Positions 53,973 through 64,000 of a stretch of DNA of 64,000 nucleotides are shown here, one piece after another. Under the pieces are notes generated by a model, which ran no database searches, was not told where the DNA came from, and saw only the letters and a list, made by a program, of their open reading frames with translations. A program made the position numbers and the translations under genes. Every line of letters starts with the position of its first letter. The stretch's first letter is position 1. The DNA comes from Octopus sinensis (Eukaryota). The stretch is from assembly GCF_006345805.1 (NCBI RefSeq), contig NC_042998.1:189720001-189784000 (forward strand), written 5' to 3'.

Positions 53973-54059
53973 AATACGCCAATACGCCAACTGCGCAATA
54001 CGCCAACTAACGCAATACGCCAACTAACGCTAATACGCCAACTGCGCAATACGCCAACT
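53973..54059. repeat. Five full and one partial tandem copies of aatacgccaact at the LINE 5' junction
   Basis: Copies at 53981, 53997, 54014, 54032 and 54048, partial at 53973; identical to 53661-53672. Confidence 0.97.
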
Positions 54060-54189
54060 AACTTATATAAATAAACATTAGCTATATGTAGGGAAGATAT
54101 CCAGTTCGAGAACAGCCTAAATATTCAATTCACTTTAAAGTATCGTTTGACTGAACATGAAACAAGAAATTTGCACCCAGACAACCTTC

Positions 54190-54420
54190 ACAATAGGAAA
54201 ACGAAAATAAACCTAATTCAACAAAAGCTAGAGGGAGAACAGATACGTAAATACTTAGGAGAAATGAAATGAGCCATAATTTAAAATACACAAAGGAGTG
54301 AAAATATCAAAAAAGAATTAAATGGGCAAATTAGATGCGTTCTATGAATTGAACTAAATACCATGATAAAAATAATTTATATCAACACAGTAGTTGTGTG
54401 TTGTAATTAAATACAATTTT
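54190..54420 (+). mobile_element. Heavily decayed R4/Dong-type post-RT fragment
   Basis: EGEQ.RKYLG...KKELNGQIRCVL*IELN..IKIIYINTVV resembles the YKYLG...KEY..R.R..LK.ELN..NKI.AINT region seen at 29520-29680. Confidence 0.4.
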
Positions 54421-55619
54421 TACATAAGTAATTTGAAATTAAGAGAACTGAAAAATAGAGACAGGAAAATAAAACCATTATAATAAACTTCAGTATTCCT
54501 GCTCGAAGTTTGATGGTGGTAAAATATACTTCTAATATATTTGTAAACTCTAAAAATTCATCGAAACAGAAAATTATATATTTTTTTAATCAAATTAACA
54601 TTTGTAGGCATACCAGAGTATATAATACATAAACATTAGCACAAGCTCATAAAATACACATTAAAATATTTAGCGAACAAAGAACCATTATTCATATTTG
54701 ATGGAATGGAGGCAATTTAGATAATAACCAATAGTATGAGACAATATTTATCGCTTCCATCAGCATCCTGAACGCAGCATCCCAAGGCTGCTATAGATAA
54801 ACATACCTATCACCTATGAAGTTTATAAAGAGACTCATATAACCAGGAAACTAATAAGTGGGCAGAGTGAACATCAAGAATATAATTAACAAACTCACTT
54901 TCATTAATAAAACATATAAAGAAAACCGATTTAAAAAAATGCTAAACAGAATAATAAAAATATACTCGAGAAAGACTGGTGAGAAAAACTTCTCGATATT
55001 CAGGACTAGCAAAATTAGATATATAAGCAAATGTAAGATATTAGATATTAGATATATAAGCAAATGTAAGCTTTTCAGGGATAGCTTCCTTTCAGCCCAT
55101 TCCTAGGTGAAGCAGTTCACTCTGCCTCGTAATTTCATCCGGACCAAACCAATCAACAGCGTAGACTTGCTTCTACAGATACAAAGCTGCAAGCTCTTGT
55201 CCGGATTTATTTTTTTATATCTTACCATCGCTCCGTGTTCCTTTAGAACGGTGCCACTACTTCCCTACTTGTGGTTCCGATAACATTACATCATCCACAT
55301 AGGTCGACATAGCTCTCTCGCGACTCAGTTTGAAGGAATGCTCTTCAAGAACCCTAGCTCCCGCAGCAATAGCTCGAGAGCCAGCACGTTTAGAAGAGAC
55401 GAAAGACATCTCTGATGAATCGAGCGCGTGATATGAAACGAGAGGTTCCGAGAGATGACCACTTACTTTGACTACTGAGCAAATGCCACAGTGCATTGCT
55501 ACGATCCATTCTCTGGAAATGAGTCCAAAACTGGTCACTTTTAGAACTACTGTCGAACAGTGGTGGTTTATCGTATTAATGCTTTATTTATAAAATTTAT
55601 CATAATAATAATGTTGTCT

Positions 55620-55753
55620 GTCGAATTTTGGTACAAGTGCAGCACATTCGGGGGAGGGAATAAGTCGATTACATTGACCCCCCACTGCTCAACTGGTCCT
55701 TATTTTATCGACACCCGAGAGGATGAAAGGCAAAGTCGACCTCGGAGGAAATT
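55620..55753 (-). mobile_element. SINE A2 3' fragment
   Basis: aagtcgattacattgaccc...gatgaaaggcaaagtcgacctcgg. Confidence 0.75.
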
Positions 55754-55793
55754 TATTTTAAGAATGCTTTCTTATAATAATGATTTGTAACAG

Positions 55794-55956
55794 AGGAGGA
55801 GTGGCTGTGTGGTAAGTAGTTTGCTAACCAACCACATGGTTCCGGGTTCAATCCCACTGCGTGGCATCTTGGGCAAGTGTCTTCTGCTATAGCCTCGGGC
55901 CGACCAAAGCCTTGTGAGTGGATTTGGTAGACAGAAACTGAAAGAAGCCTGTTGTA

Positions 55957-56038
<82 letters not shown>

Positions 56039-56256
56039 CTATATGTTTGTGTGTCTGTGTTTGTCCCTCTAGTATTGCTTGACAACCGATGCTGGTGTGT
56101 TTACGTCCCCGTCACTTAGCGGTTCGACAAAAGAGACCGATAGAATAAGTACCGGGCTTACAAAGAATAAGTCCCAGGGTCGATTTGCTCGACTAAAGGC
56201 GGTGCTCCAGCATGGCCACAGTCAAAATGACTGAAACAAGTAAAAAGAGAAAAAGA
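55794..56256 (+). mobile_element. SINE family B, full length, with long internal (TA)n
   Basis: Same head and tail as the other B copies. Confidence 0.93.
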
Positions 56257-56726
56257 GGAAGAGGACTTAAATCTTACGGAAAGGTATAATCGATTTAATC
56301 GTGGTCAGTATTTTATTGATTATTAATTTATTGATATCGGAAGGGTAAGAGGGATGAAATTGAACTTGGCAAGAGTTGAACTCTTGGGTCACAAGGGCAC
56401 AAATGTTAGATGTGGGCAGGGGCATAGTCAATTATATCCAGACCAGTATATTTATTACTAGGACATTTTTATCGAAACCACCCTCATCTACTCCCTTCTT
56501 CCTGAGTAGATGTAAGGCAAAGTCGACATCGATGAGACTTGACTAAATACCATAAAATATTTTAGTCTGTTGCTCTGCTGATTCTACAACGCCAACGCCT
56601 TTTGCTATTCTTGAAAAGTAACAAGCGCAGATATATTTTATAGCTTTATGCAAACCAACTTGCTTTATAACCATGCTAACGTAAAGTTTTCCAACGTGAC
56701 CACTGATGGCTGAAATGAACAAAAAG

Positions 56727-57198
<472 letters not shown>

Positions 57199-57411
57199 AA
57201 GGGGAATGATTTTATATGAAGGCTATAAGAGGAGTACTTACTTTGAACTCAATGCAGAATACAGTGTGGAAGTTTAACGCCAGAAGTAGAGTATCACATT
57301 AAACCAGTGAACCGTCATTTGAGCATAAAGAACCTATACAAAACAGAGGTTTGGAATCAATTCTTCAATTTCCTTTACAAATTCACTAAGGATGGACGGT
57401 TTGTGTATACT

Positions 57412-57488
<77 letters not shown>

Positions 57489-57714
57489 CATCTATGTATG
57501 TATGTATGTATGTATGTATGTATTTATGTATGTATGTATGTATGTATGTATGTATGTATCTATCTATCTATGTACCGATCGATCGATCGATCGATCTTTA
57601 CACGCATAAACACATATATATATACATACATACGTAGGTATGTATGTGTGTATACACATGCATATGTACAATTACATATACATATATAATCTCCATCTGT
57701 CTTTCTCACACAGA

Positions 57715-57760
<46 letters not shown>

Positions 57761-58057
57761 ATATATACAAGTATGCATGCGCACACAAATACATCGATCA
57801 TAGAGATACATATGCATCTACCTCTGTCTGTTTCCCTCTACACCATCCATCTGTCTGTCTGTTTGTCTGTCTGGCTAGCTATCTGTATATATGTTCTTTC
57901 TAGTTATTGAAATGCGGCTATTCTTGGCTACCACTTTCTTATACACACACACACCACAGACACACATGCAAGTGCGCGCGTAAGTGTGTATATATATATA
58001 ATATATATATATATATATAATATATATATATATATAAATAAATATGTTTGTTTGTAT

Positions 58058-58089
<32 letters not shown>

Positions 58090-58544
58090 TTGTGCGTGTG
58101 TGTGTGTTTGTATGTTTGTATGAAGGAGTTCCAGTAGCTTATACCATCCCATTAAACGTAGGGTGATATAAGTTATTGGAAGCTGAAACTTCCATAAGCT
58201 TTATTTCGAGTTTCTCGCAGCTGATTTTAAGGGTGGATATGAGAAATAGAAACTAAAATTATGTTTGAATATCGTTACAAACTTTGGAAGAATGTTATGG
58301 AATAAGAAAATCTTTCTGGGGGAAGTTTGGCAGTGTGTAGAGATAAGGATAAATTATACAAAACAATGTTGTGAGCATAAGAATACGCACACAAACACAC
58401 TCACACGCGCACGCATAAGTACATCTGTCAAAACATATCTATGCAAAAGTATATGCATGTTGACTATTAAGTGGGCGCAAAGAATTCTAAGAATCACAGA
58501 AATAACACGGAGTGGTGACTCCATTTAAATTGATCTCCACAGCT

Positions 58545-59108
58545 CAACTTTCGACCCCGAAAGATGAAAGGCAAAGTCGACCTCAGAGGCATTTGAGCTT
58601 AGAACGTAAAGACGGACGAAATTCAGCGAAGCATTTGGTCCGGCGTGCTAACAATTCTGCCAGCTCACCGTCTTAGTCAGAGTTAATATTTATGTCATAT
58701 TAATGCTAAAGTTCTGAATTATTAGCTCTTTGAAACATATGTTGCTATTTCAATTAGAGATATCGAAAACCAAACGAAAGATTATTTTGAATAAGGATTC
58801 GAATTATCTTTTCTCTTGTAAGAAATTTAATTGTTAACTTTTGTAACCTAATTATCTTTAGACGACGCTGCGTTCATTTGTGCGTCTCATTATTACTATG
58901 GGGATCGAAACTATCTGAAATGCTAAAGTGTCGGAAAAAATGCTTAGCGATATTTGTGCCGGCTCTTTACATTCTTAGTTCAAATCTCACTGAGGCAATT
59001 GCGCCATTCATCTTTTCGAAGTCGATAATATAAAGTACCAGTTAAGTACCAGGTCAAGTACCACCAGGTTAAGTACCACCTCTCTCTCAAATTTCAGGCT
59101 TGGTGCAA
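58545..59108. mobile_element. Two decayed SINE A copies in opposite orientation (58545-58675 minus; 58920-59108 plus)
   Basis: gatgaaaggcaaagtcgacctc...ctgccagctcaccgtctt; gttcaaatctcactgagg...cgaagtcgataatataaagtacc. Confidence 0.7.
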
Positions 59109-59751
59109 TATGAGAAATATTTGATATTGTGAGGTCTTCGTGATAATGGCATTATGGATAAAATAAAACAAGTAATCAAAAAATGTTCCAGAATATTCTA
59201 TGTTACAATCAGATTTTTAGTTTAAATATGCATACACATTGTCAAAGAATTCTAAAATTTACTTTTTTCACTTTCCGTTTAAGTATAAATAAAAATCTTG
59301 TTTCATATAAATTTCATTAAGGGACACTATTTAAAAAAAAAGTTTACATGCTTCATTAACCATATTAATTATAGAAAACTTTTCAATGTCAATAATATTG
59401 TAACTATGTTATTCCGAACAATAAATAGCTCCCTTGCCTGTAATTGTCTTTCGAAAGCATTTATATATTGCACTGAAGTCAAACCAAATAAAAATGATGT
59501 TCTCAGGAATTATCTTGATTTGACTGAGAATTGCTGTAGAGTTGTGCGATCATTTAGTCACCTGACATGTGGCACACGGTGCACCTGTACAGGTAATGTT
59601 TATTTGATGGATGGGGTGAGCTTATGTTTACACAAACATTTGATCACTATAAACAAATCATTTGTGTGGTTGTTCAGCAAGAAATTGGTGTACACTCATA
59701 CGTCGGCTAATGACGGGTGAGTCCATGATGTATGTATATATATATATATAT

Positions 59752-60008
59752 ACTCTTTTACTCTTTTACTTGTTTCAGTCAGTTGACTGCGGCCATGCTG
59801 GAGCACCGCCTTTAGTCGAGCAACTCGACCCCGGGACTTATTCGTTGTAAGCCCAGCACTTATTCTATCGGTCTCTTTTGCAGAACCGCTAAGTGACGGG
59901 GACATAAACACACCAGCATCGGTTGTCAAGCAATGCTAGGGGGACAAACACAGACACACAAACATACACGCACACACACACAAATATATATATACAACGG
60001 GCTTCTTT
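59752..60008 (-). mobile_element. SINE family B, 3' two-thirds
   Basis: Near-exact reverse complement of the B tail and middle region. Confidence 0.92.
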
Positions 60009-60244
60009 TATATATATATATAAATTAGAAAAAAAAACACCTTTTATTAATTCAATAATGAAAAATTAAATTATACCATTTAGAATAGTTACATATTATA
60101 GAAAGATTAAATATAAGATAAAACATATAACAATGTACAAAATAAAAAATAAAACGTATATATTTAGTAGATATATTTAGTAGATTATTTAGTATATATT
60201 TAATCTTTCATTATTGAATTGATAAAAGGAGTTTTTTTCTAATG

Positions 60245-60276
<32 letters not shown>

Positions 60277-60341
60277 TTTGTGAAATTTCATTTAATATTT
60301 CTAAATTGAATTTTTCCCTGTAAATTTGGAATAATATTCCC

Positions 60342-60390
<49 letters not shown>

Positions 60391-60929
60391 ATATATATAT
60401 ACACACACCCACACATATATATCTATATTTATACGTAGATGTTTATATAGATATATGTGTGAGCGCGCGCGAGTGTATGTGTATGTATATACACGTACAT
60501 ATTATGTGCATAAAAAAACATTTCTCAGATTGTATATTGCAATATATGATTATTGAAAGATATATGGAAAACCAATGATACTGGTAAAAGTGAAAAGAAC
60601 CCAAGGATATAAGAAAGATAACATAAGCCAAATGCAAAAAAAAAAAATACACAAAACAACAACGCAACTCCTAATATTTAATTTCACCCGCAAGAATTTT
60701 CGTCCAGAAAATAGGTTTCGAATAGCATTTCTGACGTATAACCATTATTGCTTTTAGTACTGTCTTATCTTTATGTATGAAGTGAAGTAAAGTTTGAAAA
60801 ACAAATTCTGTCTGGAAATCGAATATATAGAAATCTAAGAAAAGAGACTATCTAAGAATCCATCGAAGTCGAAAAGTTTTATAGTAATACACGGAGAACG
60901 AAGACAGAGAATAATGAATCCAAACTGTG

Positions 60930-61160
60930 AAAGGACATTAGAGTAAGAAATCAATGAATACGGGGCAAAGCAAATCGCAAAAATACCAAAAAGATTCTAT
61001 CGAGATATTGGTAAATGCGAAGTACAAACCAAGAAACTAGTAATAAAAATGAGACGATAAATATGTTTCTCTAAAAAAAAAGAAAAAATCTGGAGGGTGG
61101 AGGAAAGAGTTTGATAATATGGACAGAGACACAGGAAGTCAAAAGAAGAAATGACTGGAA
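60930..61160 (+). mobile_element. Possible decayed R4/Dong N-terminal (pre-RT) fragment
   Basis: PKRFYRDIGK...KIWRVE resembles the 'QK.FYR.LG...FW..IW' motif upstream of R4-type RTs (from memory of the family). Confidence 0.4.
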
Positions 61161-62276
61161 AATTTGAGCAATCATAGGAAAGTAAGCGACGAGGCTACTG
61201 AAGCGTTAATCTAGTTAATAGCTGGAGAGAACACCAATTGAACAACAAAAACAACATATTAATGTCCCAGCGAGGGAGCCTGTATTATATGACTGACAGG
61301 ACCTGCTGGAAATAGTTGTCAAATTTCCCTCAAGCTGTATCCTACCTTTGGAAAAAGGATGATATAGTAAGCAATTCATTATATTTGAACATCCTTCGAA
61401 GAATGAAGAAAGAAAAGAAAGATGAAATTATCATAGTTAGAATGCTTCTGATTGCAGGGTTCGTTATCAGAGCTGGTTTGGCTTAAACAGCAGCAGTAGC
61501 AGCAGCAACAACAGCATCAACACCAACAACATCAATACTTTCTAAAGTCACATGGAAAGCTACAACAGAACTGCTGGAAAAATATCACCTGGCTGTTTGT
61601 ATGAGAAAAGAACCCCATTTCTATTTAATTAAGTATTGGCCCATTTAAGGGTATTGTCTTTGTTTAATCAACGAGTCGGCTGTCTTAGCAGAGATATTCA
61701 AGCCATAACCATTTTATATTTTCTTTTTTAAAGCATAGTATGACTTAATCTATACTCTCGCTAACGCCCTTTCGTTTCCATTTTTTTAAAAACAGTTGGT
61801 TGAATGAAATGAGTGAGTTTTGACTGCCGATTCTTTCAGCTCAAGCGACAATGGTCTTTTTCTTGACCATGGTAGATCTGGAGTACCTGAGGTTTTGTTA
61901 TCAAAATTATGTTGAAAGAAATACAAACAAAATATTGATCTCATTCATTAGTACAATGTTTGCTGATTCTTGTGAGGGCTTGTGCTCTTGTTAGATTCAT
62001 CCGACGGGTAGGTAGTTTTACTGAGAAGACACATAACAAAGTCAAAATACCGCGGGTTCTTTCGAAGTTCCCTTACACCGCTGACTGGGTGAATCACGTG
62101 TTTTGTGAACACCCATCATCTAAAGGGAGTAGGTGTTCTCCGATGAAGAAAAACAACATAGATTAGATATTTACATTGGAATATTGAGAATGAATAGATA
62201 TACTATTGTTTGGATTCTCGCTATCCCCGCGTGCATCTCCTGAATTATATATATATATATATATATATACTCTCGT

Positions 62277-62366
<90 letters not shown>

Positions 62367-62509
62367 TTCGATTTACAGTTGGAATGAAACGTCTTTTATG
62401 AATTATCTGCATACCGATTCTAATTTTCCTTCATATATATGTTCTTTTCGCCTGGATTCACAGAATCCTGACCGAGGTATTCACCTGGATTTCTTAGATC
62501 CCTATTTTC

Positions 62510-63290
62510 TTAATGAATATGTGGAAACAGACGAAGAAGGCCGGCGTCATCAACGCTGAAAATTGTGTAACTAAAGAAAGATTTAAACAAGAAATGAACA
62601 AAAAAAAAGGAAGTAAAATCGTGGAAGGAAAAGAAAATGTACAGTCAGTTTGCAAGAGATGTGAACACAAAGACAGATACAGAGGGATGGTGGCTATCGA
62701 TGAGGAGGAGCGACCTGAAAATAGAGACAGAGCATTCATATGCGCAGGAACAATCTCGGGAACAAGCGTTAAAGATCAACTATATGAAGTGCAGAATAGA
62801 CAACACTACCGATAGTAACAAATGCAGAATGTGTAGTGAGAGGGGTGAGACGGTATGGCACATCGTTAGCAAAAGCCCGAAATTGGCACAACGCGAATAC
62901 AAAAGTACAAAAGACGCCATGACAATGTGGCAAGGATGATCGATTGATAGCTCTGCGGAAATCACGGACTGCAAAGAGCAAACTCCAGAAGGAGTCACCG
63001 AAAATGAGAATTGCAAAATCCTGTGGGATGCAATGATCCAGTACTATCAGCCTGCCAGACATCAGAAACCTGACATTGTTGTGGTGAATAAAAAAGAAAG
63101 AACATGTATGATTATTGACATAGCATGCCCCGTTGGCGACAAGGTCAATGTGAAAGAAGAAAACAACTATGTCGACTTAAAGTGAGAAATACGAATGTTG
63201 TGGTCAATGAAGAGACGTGATACAAATAGTAATTTGTACACTTGGAAGTATCAGCATCCAGCTACCAGCATGGCTGAAAAAGATTGGTGC
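62510..63290 (+). mobile_element. R4/Dong-type fragment (post-RT region, CCHC knuckle, REL endonuclease), pseudogenised
   Basis: MYSQFARD...SDLKIETE..AQEQ...KCRMCSERGETVWHIVSKSPKLAQREYK; ENENCKILWDAMIQ...HQKPDIVVVNKKERTCMIIDIACP. Confidence 0.9.
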
Positions 63291-63407
63291 AAGTGTGAAG
63301 CTGTGAGTTTTCATATATTGAATATGCTGTCGTCGTCGTCGTCGTCTTCGTCGTCGTCGTCGTCATCATCATCATCATCATCATCATCAATCATCACCCC
63401 CCCTACC

Positions 63408-63452
<45 letters not shown>

Positions 63453-63467
63453 GTTGTTGTTGTTGTT

Positions 63468-63503
<36 letters not shown>

Positions 63504-63683
63504 ATTATTATTATTATTATTATTGATTTTTATTATGAACGCCTCTCTGATAATTCTTAATTACCAGCTATTCTTTACTAGAAAGCAGGCAACAACAAAT
63601 CAGCACATGTTTCAATTAGTGACTCCTGTGAATCAAAGAAATAATATTCTCATTAGAATGCGAGCTGCACTCAACAATGACGT

Positions 63684-64000
63684 CTTCTAGATCACCTCGA
63701 GCCTGACAGCAGCTCCAATATTCTTAATATATTTTTCAAAGTCCTTGGAAACTCCTCATAATGCTCCAATTACCACCGGTATCACCGTTACTTTCTTTAT
63801 GCCCATAACATCTTTTCTGTCTCCTCACATTTCACTTTCGAATCGCCTGGTATTGCAACATCTATTTACTTCTTTTTAATCTTTATGGATGAGCACGATA
63901 CCTGATCGTCTCGCCTCTATGACTTGGTCGCACTAAATGTTAAAATCCCAGAGTATTTTGTAATGTTCGTTTTCCATTATTCCCTCTGGCTTGTGTTCAT
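63684..64000 (-). mobile_element. R4/Dong-type REL endonuclease fragment, running off the window end
   Basis: Minus strand EHKPEG..E...ILWDFNI*CDQVIEARR.GIV...IDVAIPGD...VTVIPVVIGAL..VSKDFEKYIKNIG. Confidence 0.85.

Noticed and set aside
53973-54059. CRISPR-like array of a 12-bp repeat
   Set aside because: Repeats are too short, spacers are only 4-6 nt and recurrent, there are no cas genes, the context is eukaryotic, and the repeat equals the LINE TSD.

Overview
AT-rich, repeat-dominated eukaryotic DNA with no confidently identifiable host protein-coding gene, RNA gene or CRISPR array. It is most likely intronic or intergenic sequence from an octopus (coleoid cephalopod). That assignment is inferred from the tRNA-derived SINE families and the very dense (AT)n, (CA)n, (ATCT)n and (AAT)n microsatellites. 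Contents: (i) three tRNA-headed SINE families, called A, B and C here, in many copies including tandem multimers and one C/B chimera; (ii) several pseudogenised R4/Dong-type non-LTR retrotransposons (RT, CCHC knuckle, REL endonuclease), four of them stacked in the same orientation around (AAT)n tracts at 27.2-30.7 kb; (iii) a non-coding element (family D) found twice, both times embedded in (AAT)n; (iv) an RTE-clade LINE 3' end whose target-site duplication is reiterated five times at the 5' junction; (v) a mariner remnant, a TA-flanked pogo/Tc1-like MITE and two non-autonomous Helitrons; (vi) Penelope-like end fragments carrying degenerate hammerhead-type motifs; (vii) two long hairpins; and a 100-N assembly gap. 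Nearly all long ORFs in the supplied track are microsatellite artefacts. All alignments were done by eye and no database searches were run.
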